A model generated the notes under the pieces. That model worked only from the letters and a program-made list of their open reading frames with translations, did no database searches and was not told the DNA's origin. From sequence record OR287805.1: a stretch of 38,946 nucleotides of DNA. The stretch is one strand, 5' to 3'. How positions within the stretch are numbered: the stretch's first letter is position 1; every line of letters starts with the position of its first letter. The position numbers were made by a program, and so were the translations under genes. Shown piece by piece: positions 8,295 through 17,709 of this stretch. Origin of the DNA: Klebsiella phage SEA1f.

Positions 8295-8372
8295 GTGGTG
8301 CCGGGAGATGTACGAGAAGACTCTCAACCCGGACTACATTACGCTATACAACCAATGGAAGGAGCGCGGTTT

Positions 8373-8531
8373 ATGACTGAGGTTGAGAAGAAATACATCG
8401 TGGAGCTTGAGGGTCGCGTTCAGTCCTTCGAGGTTCCGGTGTACGCAAAGTCTCTTGAAGAGGCTACCCTGAAGTCCCAAGAGTATGAGGACGCTGGGTT
8501 TGTGGTCGGACGGATTCGTCCTGAGACCTAA
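8373..8531 (+). CDS. gp1.8-like small protein, 52 aa.
   Basis: ATG with AAGGAG 9 nt upstream. The ORF-track version (8295) would need a GTG start without an RBS. Confidence 0.5.
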   Translation: MTEVEKKYIVELEGRVQSFEVPVYAKSLEEATLKSQEYEDAGFVVGRIRPET

Positions 8532-8549
8532 ACTATCACTGTAGGACAG
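8527..8549 (+). promoter_or_regulatory. Phage RNAP promoter variant (TGTA instead of TATA), +1 G at 8544.
   Basis: cctaaactatcactgtaggacag. Sits directly upstream of the SSB gene where T7 has phi2.5. Confidence 0.65.
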
Positions 8550-8588
8550 ACGTCCAGTTCGTAACTTTAAAATAGGAGATTTACACCA

Positions 8589-9287
8589 ATGGCTAAAGAG
8601 CAACTGAAGACTTTCACCACTCCGGTAGCTGGTATCGTTGAGCCTTACGCATGGCTAAACAAAGCAGACACCAAGTTCAACGAGCGTGGTGAACACAAAG
8701 TCAACCTGACATTCGACCTGAACAACCCGAAGGTCCGTAAGATGATTGATGTCTTACAGAAGATTCATGACGATGCCTATGCGAAAGCACTCGCAGACCA
8801 CGAGAAGAACCCACCTCAGGTTCAGCGTGGCAAGAAGCCTATTGAACCACGAGAAGGCGACATGCCGTGGATTGAGAATGGTGACGGTACTGTTACCCTG
8901 AAGTTTAAATGCTTCGCGTCTTACCTGAAGGATGGTAAGTCAGAGCCTATCGTATTACGGTTCTACGACACCGATGCTAAGTTAATCCGTGACGTCCCGA
9001 ATATTGGCGCTGGCTCCAAACTGAAGGTCAAGTTTAAAGTCCTGCCGTTCAAGTGGAACGCTGCGACTGGTGCAAGTGTTAAGCTCCAGCTTGAGTCCTG
9101 CCTTCTGGTAGAACTGAAGGAGTGGAAAGGTGATGGTGCTGGTGGCGATGGTGGCTGGGGTGATGATGAAGACCTCGGTACTGGCTACAAAGCGTCAACC
9201 GATGGTGACTTCGGGTCTGATGACTTCGGTGACGATGGTTCCGAAGGTGGTGACGACTCCAACTCTGGTGGCGATTACGACTTCTAA
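8589..9287 (+). CDS. Single-stranded DNA-binding protein gp2.5.
   Basis: 232 aa. MAK....F.......EPYA N-terminus, GDMPW..NGDGT..KFKC.AS, VKLQLES..LVEL. Acidic Gly/Asp-rich tail ending in F, as in T7 gp2.5. Confidence 0.93.
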   Translation: MAKEQLKTFTTPVAGIVEPYAWLNKADTKFNERGEHKVNLTFDLNNPKVRKMIDVLQKIHDDAYAKALADHEKNPPQVQRGKKPIEPREGDMPWIENGDGTVTLKFKCFASYLKDGKSEPIVLRFYDTDAKLIRDVPNIGAGSKLKVKFKVLPFKWNAATGASVKLQLESCLLVELKEWKGDGAGGDGGWGDDEDLGTGYKASTDGDFGSDDFGDDGSEGGDDSNSGGDYDF

Positions 9288-9739
9288 TGGCCCAATGGTC
9301 TGCACAACGGGGGCACTCTGTGGGTGCCTACCGCTCTGGACTTGAAGCCAAGAACCAGCAGTGGCTGGAACAGAACGGCGTCAAAGCGGAGTACGAAAGC
9401 CATTATATCAACTATGTGATTCCGGCTTCCGACCACAAGTACACACCAGACTTTATCCTTCCTAACGGTATCATCGTGGAGACCAAAGGTATCTTCGATA
9501 GTGATGACCGTAAGAAGCACCTTCTGGTACGAGAACAGCACCCAGAGTTAGACATCCGGTTCGTGTTCTCAAGTTCCCGCTCCAAGTTATACAAAGGGTC
9601 TCCGACCACGTATGGCGCATGGTGCGAAAAGAACGGCTATAAGTATGCCGATAAGTTCATCCCGGTTGAGTGGCTGCGAGAGGCGACTGTACGTCTGCCT
9701 TCAGGTATACTCATTCCCAAGAAGAAAGGAGTTAAGTGA
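9287..9739 (+). CDS. Endonuclease I (gene 3, Holliday-junction resolvase).
   Basis: 150 aa. YVIPAS.H.YTPDF.LPNGI.VETKG...SDDRKKHLL.REQHPELDIR.VFSSSR.KLYKGSPT.YG..CEK is near-identical to T7 gp3. Confidence 0.95.
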   Translation: MAQWSAQRGHSVGAYRSGLEAKNQQWLEQNGVKAEYESHYINYVIPASDHKYTPDFILPNGIIVETKGIFDSDDRKKHLLVREQHPELDIRFVFSSSRSKLYKGSPTTYGAWCEKNGYKYADKFIPVEWLREATVRLPSGILIPKKKGVK

Positions 9740-10194
9740 TGCTTACCTGTAAAGACCTTGAAGTTGGAACACGTTACAGATTCTCAAAGAACACCCTGCT
9801 GAATAACCCCAAATTCACTGATGCTGTTTTCGAAAAGCGAGAAGACCATAGCGTAATTGTGGAGAAGGGGTGGCATCCTGAGGATTACATCGGTGAGATT
9901 ACCAGCTGGAATGGTCACGAGACCTACAGTGTAGAAGTTGTTGAACAGCCTCAGGTCCTGCCAGCTTCGAGCGTACCACCTGTGACTGTGAAGCGTGAAG
10001 TCCTGACCATCGACAAGATTGGTGTAGGCCAGACGTTCATCGTCCACGGTAAACCTGAGGAAGTGTACGTTAAGATTAGTAATTCACACGTATTCAACCA
10101 TAAGCGACTCCAGATGCACACCACGGATGCACAGCGCTTCACCCAGCACCTGAATCTAGTGGTAGTAGAATTGGTGGTGTACAATGGTAAGTAA
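9739..10194 (+). CDS. Hypothetical 151-aa protein inserted between endonuclease I and the amidase. No T7 counterpart.
   Basis: ATG overlaps the gene 3 TGA (TGATG). AAGGAG lies 9 nt upstream. Its 3' end overlaps the 3.5 start. Confidence 0.65.
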   Translation: MLTCKDLEVGTRYRFSKNTLLNNPKFTDAVFEKREDHSVIVEKGWHPEDYIGEITSWNGHETYSVEVVEQPQVLPASSVPPVTVKREVLTIDKIGVGQTFIVHGKPEEVYVKISNSHVFNHKRLQMHTTDAQRFTQHLNLVVVELVVYNGK

Positions 10195-10642
10195 GGTACA
10201 GTTCAACCCACGGTCCCGGACTGACGCTATCTTCGTTCACTGTTCGGCTACCAAGCCAGAGATGGACATCGGGGTAGAGACCATCCGTATGTGGCACAAG
10301 CAGCAAGGCTGGCTGGACGTAGGCTACCACTTTATCATCAAGCGCGATGGTACTGTGGAAGAGGGTCGCCCGGTCAATGTAGTAGGGTCACACGTTAAGG
10401 ACTGGAACTCACGGTCTGTAGGCGTCTGCCTTGTAGGTGGAATTGACGCTAAGGGTCAGTTTGAAGCTAACTTCACTCCAGCCCAGATGAACTCCCTGCG
10501 CAACAAGCTGGATGACCTGAAGGTCCTGTATCCTCAGGCAGAAATCAAAGCACATCATGACGTAGCACCAAAGGCGTGTCCAAGTTTCGACTTACAGCGC
10601 TGGCTGTCTACCAATGAACTGGTAACTTCCGACCATGGATAA
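10184..10642 (+). CDS. N-acetylmuramoyl-L-alanine amidase (T7 lysozyme, gene 3.5), also an RNAP inhibitor.
   Basis: 152 aa. VQF..R..TDAIFVHCSATKP, WH...GWLDVGYHFIIKRDGTVE.GR, GSH.K..N..S.GVCLVGGID, FTPAQM.SL, HH.VAPKACPSFDL..W....ELVTSD matches T7 gp3.5. Confidence 0.95.
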   Translation: MVSKVQFNPRSRTDAIFVHCSATKPEMDIGVETIRMWHKQQGWLDVGYHFIIKRDGTVEEGRPVNVVGSHVKDWNSRSVGVCLVGGIDAKGQFEANFTPAQMNSLRNKLDDLKVLYPQAEIKAHHDVAPKACPSFDLQRWLSTNELVTSDHG

Positions 10643-10740
10643 GATAGACTTTCTGCTTATCCTTCTGTTATCAGGAGCAATCACCTTCGTAGGATGGTGG
10701 TTCTTCCCTGAACACTTTGAACTCTAAAGGAGAACACTCA

Positions 10741-10956
10741 ATGATTAAACTTATCGAATTTCTTGGTCGTCTGGTGGTGCGTGGTTATCGTCGTGCTGCG
10801 GTTATGGAACGAAAGGTAGCAGAGAAGACTGCTGACGGTGCGGCGGATGCTGCTGCTCTGGCTGACAAGTTGACCATCGCGTCACTGGAAGCTGGTATGA
10901 AGGCTCGTCAGGCTGACACCAAGGCTGACCAGTTGTCCCAGTTCTTTAAAGCCTAA
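10741..10956 (+). CDS. Small conserved T7-group protein, 71 aa (MIKLIEFLGRLVVRGY...QLSQFFKA).
   Basis: AAGGAG lies 9 nt upstream of the ATG. Ala-rich coiled-coil-like. Resembles a small T7 protein (MFKLIKKLGQLLVRMY...QLSKFFE) whose gene number I cannot pin with confidence. Confidence 0.55.
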   Translation: MIKLIEFLGRLVVRGYRRAAVMERKVAEKTADGAADAAALADKLTIASLEAGMKARQADTKADQLSQFFKA

Positions 10957-10974
10957 ACTATCACCATAGGGATG
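10952..10974 (+). promoter_or_regulatory. Phage RNAP promoter variant (CACCATAGGG), +1 G at 10969. Drives the gene 4 region.
   Basis: cctaaactatcaccatagggatg. Confidence 0.65.
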
Positions 10975-11019
10975 GGACCATGAGTCCTGTCCCTTTGTTC
11001 GCATTTGAGATTAAGAAAT

Positions 11020-11098
11020 GTCTCCATAGCTCAAACGGTAGAGCGGCGGGTCGTGATGGCCTATTGCGATTAGGGTTCGAATCCCCGTGGAGACGCCA
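11020..11098 (+). tRNA. tRNA-like element with encoded 3' CCA. Canonical acceptor, D and T arms; the anticodon arm is non-canonical or unresolved.
   Basis: Acceptor stem gtctcca / tggagac (7/7 bp), discriminator g, then cca. D arm gctc-aaacggta-gagc (A14, G18 G19, A21). T arm taggg-TTCGAAT-ccccg. The 26 nt between them cannot be folded by eye into a standard 5-bp anticodon stem with a 7-nt loop. Lies in the gene 4 leader, 15 nt before the gene 4 RBS. Confidence 0.5.
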
Positions 11099-11109
11099 CT
11101 AAGGAGTGA

Positions 11110-12813
<1,704 letters not shown>

Positions 12814-12824
12814 GGAGGAGTACA

Positions 12825-12989
12825 TTGCTAAGAAAACTTAAAGCTCGCTACCATCGGTTTATGTACAAATGGTGGAGCGATGAAGCAGCCTGCCTGTCTA
12901 ACATTCTTGGAGACCAAAGGTTCGACTCTAAGGCATGGAAGAAAGCTAACCGGAAGTTTATGTATCACTTCTTGCGTACAGACTTCTAG
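12825..12989 (+). CDS. Small Arg/Lys-rich protein, 54 aa, overlapping nothing after the gene 4 stop region.
   Basis: AAGGAGG at 12812..12818 is followed 6 nt later by a TTG start. The ORF-track version (GTG at 12792, 65 aa) overlaps the gene 4 3' end. Confidence 0.4.
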   Translation: MLRKLKARYHRFMYKWWSDEAACLSNILGDQRFDSKAWKKANRKFMYHFLRTDF

Positions 12990-12991
12990 GT

Positions 12992-13036
12992 CTAGACTCA
13001 AGGTCATTCACAGCGAGTGGCCTTTATGATTAGACT
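12992..13036 (+). promoter_or_regulatory. Conserved hairpin element, copy 2 of 3. Candidate RNase III site (R4.7 analogue) before gene 5.
   Basis: tctagactcaaggtcattcacagcgagtggcctttatgattagac. Confidence 0.5.
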
Positions 13037-13052
13037 AAACGGAGGATTAACC

Positions 13053-15224
13053 ATGTTTGACCTTAAGAGTATCTGGGGTTCTGACATCGAGACAAACGGT
13101 CTCCTTGATACAGTCTCCCAGTTTCACTGTGGGGTCCTGATTAACGCCGAGTCGAATGAGACCCTTAAGTATGGGGTAGCTCCGATGGTCGGTATCGTCG
13201 GTGGATTCAAAGAGTATGTTCATAAAGTGGAAGAGATTGCCGCATCACCTGATGGTATGCTGGTATTCCACAACGGTATCAACTATGACGTCCCTGCTAT
13301 TGACAAGCTGAAACGTCTGTACCTTGGGAAACGCTTTAACTTCCCGAAACACAAGATGATTGATACATTGGTGTTGGGACGCTTGATGTATCCCAACATT
13401 AAGTTCTCAGACATGGGCGCGGTGAAAGCTGGTCGTCTGCCACCTAAGATGATGGGACGTCAGTCTCTTGAGGCTTGGGGCTATCGTCTTGGTGAGATGA
13501 AAGGTGAGTACAAACACGATTACGTTGCCAAGTGCAAGGCTGAAGGTATCGAATATAAGGCTGGGGACGAATGGTTGTTCCCATCTCAGGAGATGCTGGA
13601 CTATAACGTTCAAGACGTTGTGGTCACACTGGCGTTGTTCAAGAAGTTCCTGACTGACAAGTATTACTTCCAGTCTGAACAGTTCGCTTTCGACCAGATT
13701 TATGCGTTGCGTCTGGAACATGATGCTGCGTGGACCTGTGCGAAGATGGAACGTAATGGCTATCCAATGAACACCGAGATGGTCGAAGGCTTATATCGTG
13801 AACTCACCGTCAAACGTGCAGAGCTGCTGGACAAGCTGCGCTCGACTTTCGGTAGCTGGTACGCACCAAAGGGAGGCAAGGAGTTCTTCAAGCACCCCCG
13901 GACAGGCAAGGACCTTCCGAAGTATCCGCGAGTCGTGTATCCTAAAATAGGTGGCATCTTTAAGAAGCCGAAGAACAAAGCTCAACGCTTAGGTCTTGAA
14001 CCTTGTGAGCGCGATATGCGAGACACGATGGAGGGAGCACCGTTCACGCCTATCACTTACGTTGAGTTTAATCCGGGAAGCGGAGACCACTTAGCGAAAG
14101 TCCTGATGGAGCGTGGATGGGAGCCTGTAGACTTCACTGACACCGGGAAACCTGTAGTCGATGACGAGACGTTAGAACACGTTAAGTTACCAGATGAAGA
14201 GGCTCAGGCTTGCGTAGAGCTGGTCCGCGAGTATCTGGTAGTACAGAAGCGCATCGGTCAGGCGGCTGAAGGTAAGAACGCATGGTTGAAACTTGTAGGT
14301 CCAGACGGACGTATGCACGGTTCAATCAACCCATGTGGTGCAGTAACCGGACGTGCGACCCATAGTACACCAAATATGGCTCAGGTTCCGGCTAACGGTG
14401 CCCCATACGGTGAGACTTGCCGTGGTGCTTTCGGTGCAGCGTGGAACAAGACTGACGGTGAGCCAGACCCTTGGATTCAGGTTGGTGTGGATGCTTCAGG
14501 TCTTGAGCTTCGCTGTCTGGGGAACAGAGCGGCTCCGTTTGACGGTGGTGAATACGCCAAGACTGTGGTCGAAGGTGACATCCACTGGGCCAATGCAGTA
14601 AACGCTGGGTTAGCACCTAACGTCCAACGCGATAAGTCTAACCACGACCATGATGCTTTCCGTAATAACGCTAAGACGTTCATCTATGCGTTCCTGTATG
14701 GTGCAGGGGCCGCGAAGATTGGACTGATAGTTGGCGGTGGTAAGAAGGAAGGTGCTGCCCTGATGAAGAAATTCATTGAGGGTACACCAGCTATCAATGA
14801 TCTGCGAGAGGCTGTGCAGAACACGCTCATCTCAGAGTCCAAATGGGTAGACGGTGAGAACATAGTGAAGTGGAAACGTCGATGGCTGAAAGGTCTGGAC
14901 GGTCGCCGCATTCACATCCGGTCGCCACACTCAGCACTTAACGCTCTACTTCAGGGTGATGGTGCGGTTGTCTGTAAGCACTGGATTGTCGAGACCGAGC
15001 GTATGCTCGAAGAGGCCGGGTATGTCCACGGCTGGGAAGGAGACTTCGCGTACATGGCTTGGGTTCACGATGAGCTACAGATTGCGTGTCGTACTCAGGA
15101 GATTGCCGAAGAAGTCGTCAAGATTGCTCAACTTGCTATGCGTAAGGTGGGTGAGTTCTATAACTTTAAATGTGTCCTTGATACCGAAGGTAAGATTGGA
15201 CCAACGTGGAAGGAGTGTCACTAA
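13053..15224 (+). CDS. DNA polymerase gp5 (family A, with 3'-5' exonuclease).
   Basis: Collinear with T7 gp5: SDIETN exo I, HNG..YDVPA, EAWGYRLGEMKGEYK, DYNVQDVVVT, HPRTGK.LPKYPR, VTGRATH, NAKTFIY.FLYGAG, YMAWVHDE. Start at 13053 (GGAGG then 7 nt, MFDLK..); the ORF-track start at 13017 lacks an RBS. Confidence 0.96.
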   Translation: MFDLKSIWGSDIETNGLLDTVSQFHCGVLINAESNETLKYGVAPMVGIVGGFKEYVHKVEEIAASPDGMLVFHNGINYDVPAIDKLKRLYLGKRFNFPKHKMIDTLVLGRLMYPNIKFSDMGAVKAGRLPPKMMGRQSLEAWGYRLGEMKGEYKHDYVAKCKAEGIEYKAGDEWLFPSQEMLDYNVQDVVVTLALFKKFLTDKYYFQSEQFAFDQIYALRLEHDAAWTCAKMERNGYPMNTEMVEGLYRELTVKRAELLDKLRSTFGSWYAPKGGKEFFKHPRTGKDLPKYPRVVYPKIGGIFKKPKNKAQRLGLEPCERDMRDTMEGAPFTPITYVEFNPGSGDHLAKVLMERGWEPVDFTDTGKPVVDDETLEHVKLPDEEAQACVELVREYLVVQKRIGQAAEGKNAWLKLVGPDGRMHGSINPCGAVTGRATHSTPNMAQVPANGAPYGETCRGAFGAAWNKTDGEPDPWIQVGVDASGLELRCLGNRAAPFDGGEYAKTVVEGDIHWANAVNAGLAPNVQRDKSNHDHDAFRNNAKTFIYAFLYGAGAAKIGLIVGGGKKEGAALMKKFIEGTPAINDLREAVQNTLISESKWVDGENIVKWKRRWLKGLDGRRIHIRSPHSALNALLQGDGAVVCKHWIVETERMLEEAGYVHGWEGDFAYMAWVHDELQIACRTQEIAEEVVKIAQLAMRKVGEFYNFKCVLDTEGKIGPTWKECH

Positions 15225-15412
15225 TGGGCCATTATGACAGCGCATACGAAGAGTTCGCTGAAGAAACACGCAGGCGTGAAGAGCTACGTCAGTCGCGGTG
15301 CGAACATCCAGATTGGGTACTTGTCTACTGCACGCAGGATGGCAAGCCCAAAGTAACTCAGTGCAGACTGTGTGGAAAGACCAATCACATTGAATCCCAA
15401 GGAGAAAGCTAA
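15224..15412 (+). CDS. Small zinc-ribbon-like protein, 62 aa, with four Cys (C-x9-C-x10-C-x2-C).
   Basis: TAATG coupling to gene 5. GGAAGGAG lies 8 nt upstream. Confidence 0.55.
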   Translation: MGHYDSAYEEFAEETRRREELRQSRCEHPDWVLVYCTQDGKPKVTQCRLCGKTNHIESQGES

Positions 15413-15696
15413 TGGCTATTACTAAACGTATTCGTGTAAGTTTCGACCTGAAGATGGTTGTAAGCTCAAAGGAAGAAGAGACCATGTGTCGCCAACTGGC
15501 TGAGATGACTAAAGCCTACGCTGAGGGTGAGAAGCTGGATGGACTTCAGGTGGCTCTGGTCAAAGCAGCAATCGAGTCAGGCCCTGAGTCTGCCCTTGAG
15601 ATCGCCGTCAAGAAGGTCATCAAGGAGGAGCTGGTAGACGCCTTTGGCGATGGCCAGTTCGGAGTATCAAACCTGCGATTCGAGGTCAAGCAATGA
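15412..15696 (+). CDS. gp5.5-like protein (in T7 binds H-NS).
   Basis: N-terminus MAITKRIRVSFDL against T7 MAMTKRFKVSFDV. 94 aa. Confidence 0.75.
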   Translation: MAITKRIRVSFDLKMVVSSKEEETMCRQLAEMTKAYAEGEKLDGLQVALVKAAIESGPESALEIAVKKVIKEELVDAFGDGQFGVSNLRFEVKQ

Positions 15697-15902
15697 GTGA
15701 ATACTTACGGGTCCTAGCGGCCATTAAGTCCTGCCCGAAGACCTTCCAGTCCAACTATGTGCGCAACAACGCTGCACTTGTGGCTGAGGCTGCGAGTCGT
15801 GGACATCTAAGCTGCCTGTCTATGGACGGGCGCAACAACGGTGCGTGGGAGATTACCGCTGCTGGCACCAAGTTCCTGAACCAACACGGAGGCTGTCTAT
15901 GA
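15693..15902 (+). CDS. gp5.7 (inhibitor of sigma-S RNAP in T7).
   Basis: 69 aa. MS.YL.VL.AIKSCPKTFQSNYVRNNA.LVAEAASRGH.SCL...GRN.GAWEITA.GT.FL...GGC is almost identical to T7 gp5.7. Confidence 0.9.
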   Translation: MSEYLRVLAAIKSCPKTFQSNYVRNNAALVAEAASRGHLSCLSMDGRNNGAWEITAAGTKFLNQHGGCL

Positions 15903-16117
15903 GTCAAGACGTATCAGGGCGCGAACTTAAGGTAGGACAGAAGGTTGCTTTCTGTCTGGCTGGAAACTCATACGCAATGTGTATAGGCGAAGTCGTCCGG
16001 GTAATGCCTAAGACGGTAGCAATAAAGCATAAGACATTTATTCGCTGGAAAGGAGCTGCCGAGGAAGTCGAGACGGTACGTGCATTCTCTTCAGTGTGCA
16101 TAGTTGAGGAGGCGTAA
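15899..16117 (+). CDS. Hypothetical 72-aa protein in the position of T7 gene 5.9 (RecBCD inhibitor). Not similar to gp5.9.
   Basis: ATGA overlap with the 5.7 stop. Coupled to gene 6. Confidence 0.55.
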   Translation: MSQDVSGRELKVGQKVAFCLAGNSYAMCIGEVVRVMPKTVAIKHKTFIRWKGAAEEVETVRAFSSVCIVEEA

Positions 16118-16983
16118 TGTCTGACAAGAAGATAGCTCTGGTTCTGGATGGTGACTATCTGGTATTCTCTTCTATGGCTGCGGCTGAGGATGAGACCGAT
16201 TGGGGCGATGATATTTATACTCTGATTTGTGACCACGCCAAGGCTCGTCGTATCCTTGAGAACACCATCGCCGAAATAGTTAATAAGCGAAAGGCGTGGA
16301 AAGACGCTAAGATTGTTATGTGCTTCACCGATGACGTGAGCTGGCGCAAGTCAATACTACCGACCTATAAGGCCAACCGTAAAGGTTCTCGCAAGCCTGT
16401 AGGTTACAAGAAGTTCGTAGCCGAAGTGATGGCTGACCCACGGTTCAACAGCTTCCTACGTCCTACGCTTGAGGGTGATGACTGTATGGGTATCATCGGG
16501 ACACGACCTCAGATTGTAGGTTGTGACCATGCGGTTCTGGTATCCTGCGATAAGGACTTCAAGACCATCCCGAACTGTGAGTTCTTCTGGTTAACAACTG
16601 GTGAAATCCTGAGTCATACGACTGCTGAGGCGGACTACTGGCACATGGAGCAGACCATCAAGGGTGACACTACAGATGGCTACGGTGGGATTCCGGGGAT
16701 GGGTGAGGATACCACTCGTGCATTCCTTGACGAGCCGTACTACTTCGTGCAGGAGAGCCGTGAGCTTAAGACTGGTAAGAACAAAGGACAGATTAAGACT
16801 GAGTGGAAGAAGTATCCAAAGCGTGAAGACATGACGCTGTGGGACTGCATGGTGACTCTGGCTGCTAAAGCTGGGATGACCGAGGAGGAACTTCTGGTCC
16901 AAGCTCAGGTCGCTCGTATTTGCCGAGCCTCCGACTACGACCCTAAGTCCAAGGAGGTCATCCTGTGGACACCATCCATGTAA
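16117..16983 (+). CDS. 5'-3' exonuclease gp6.
   Basis: 288 aa. LDGD.LVF..M, ICDHAKAR.ILE, YKANRK, KPVGY, LEGDD.MG.I, VSCDKDFKTIPNC.F.W.TTG.IL, TIKGD.TDGY.GI.G, TLWDC....AKAGMTEE matches T7 gp6. Confidence 0.95.
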   Translation: MSDKKIALVLDGDYLVFSSMAAAEDETDWGDDIYTLICDHAKARRILENTIAEIVNKRKAWKDAKIVMCFTDDVSWRKSILPTYKANRKGSRKPVGYKKFVAEVMADPRFNSFLRPTLEGDDCMGIIGTRPQIVGCDHAVLVSCDKDFKTIPNCEFFWLTTGEILSHTTAEADYWHMEQTIKGDTTDGYGGIPGMGEDTTRAFLDEPYYFVQESRELKTGKNKGQIKTEWKKYPKREDMTLWDCMVTLAAKAGMTEEELLVQAQVARICRASDYDPKSKEVILWTPSM

Positions 16984-17109
16984 TTTACTGGGCCGGACTT
17001 CTGGCCCTTTACTGCATGTACAAGTGGTTTGGGTCAAACAACCGTCCTAAACACTGAGTCTAACCGATAGTCATATCCTATCAATCCAACAGTCATCCAT
17101 AGGTGAAAC

Positions 17110-17132
17110 ACTAAACTATCACTATAGGGACT
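17110..17132 (+). promoter_or_regulatory. Phage RNAP promoter (phi6.5-like), +1 G at 17127.
   Basis: actaaactatcactatagggact. Confidence 0.8.
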
Positions 17133-17193
17133 TTAGGACCTAAGATATGACTATAAGATAGACTTTAGTCTTAACTTAAAGAGGAGATTCAAG

Positions 17194-17466
17194 ATGGCTC
17201 TTAATGCTATTGAAAACGTTGTTAAGCAGTTACAGGAAGAAAGGCTTGATGTCCCGAACATCTCCCAGTCTGCCATCCAGTTCCTGCACGTATTGTTCAA
17301 CGCAAGCTACGCTGAGAAGATGGGAGCTATTAGTCTCCTCAAGCAGCAGGGCTACAGCGATGCGTTCATTGCCGGATTCATCAAGGGTCTCCAGTATTGC
17401 TCTGACACTCTCGACTCTGCGATTGCTATGCGTCGTGAGCTGAAAGATACCGTTCAGTTTGATTAA
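17194..17466 (+). CDS. gp6.5-like protein, 90 aa.
   Basis: Strong RBS aaagaggag. Position after the promoter corresponds to T7 6.5. Homology not verified. Confidence 0.55.
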   Translation: MALNAIENVVKQLQEERLDVPNISQSAIQFLHVLFNASYAEKMGAISLLKQQGYSDAFIAGFIKGLQYCSDTLDSAIAMRRELKDTVQFD

Positions 17467-17480
17467 CTGTAGGAGGGACT

Positions 17481-17705
17481 ATGTGTTTCAGTCCAAAGAT
17501 TAGCACTCCGAAGCCTTCGGTCCAAGCGCCTGAACCAGCACCTCTGAGTGAGGAAGTTGCGTCAGTTGACATCGGGGCTGAATCGGATGTGGACACAAAC
17601 GAGACCAAAGGTATCAAAGACCTTAAGGTTAAGAAGGAGTCTGCACCTAAAGATAAATCGTCAGTGAGTCGCGCTATGCGATCCTCTGGCGTAAACATGG
17701 GGTAA
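17481..17705 (+). CDS. gp6.7 virion protein.
   Basis: MCFSPKI.TPK N-terminus and the VEPAPL..EV.SV motif match T7 gp6.7. Confidence 0.85.
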   Translation: MCFSPKISTPKPSVQAPEPAPLSEEVASVDIGAESDVDTNETKGIKDLKVKKESAPKDKSSVSRAMRSSGVNMG

Positions 17706-17709
17706 GGCA

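Noticed and set aside
8295-8372. GTG-initiated longer version of the 1.8-like ORF
   Set aside because: The GTG has no RBS. The internal ATG at 8373 has AAGGAG at ideal spacing and gives a protein of about T7 gp1.8 size.
9130-9345. 71-aa + strand ORF overlapping the SSB C-terminus and the gene 3 start
   Set aside because: It is an alternative frame of the Gly/Asp-rich SSB tail (low-complexity translation: MMVLVAMVAGVMM...), with no RBS and no conservation expected.
13017-13052. Upstream extension of the DNA polymerase ORF (track start 13017)
   Set aside because: There is no RBS. The T7 gp5 N-terminus aligns with the ATG at 13053, which has GGAGG 7 nt upstream. The upstream stretch is the conserved hairpin element.
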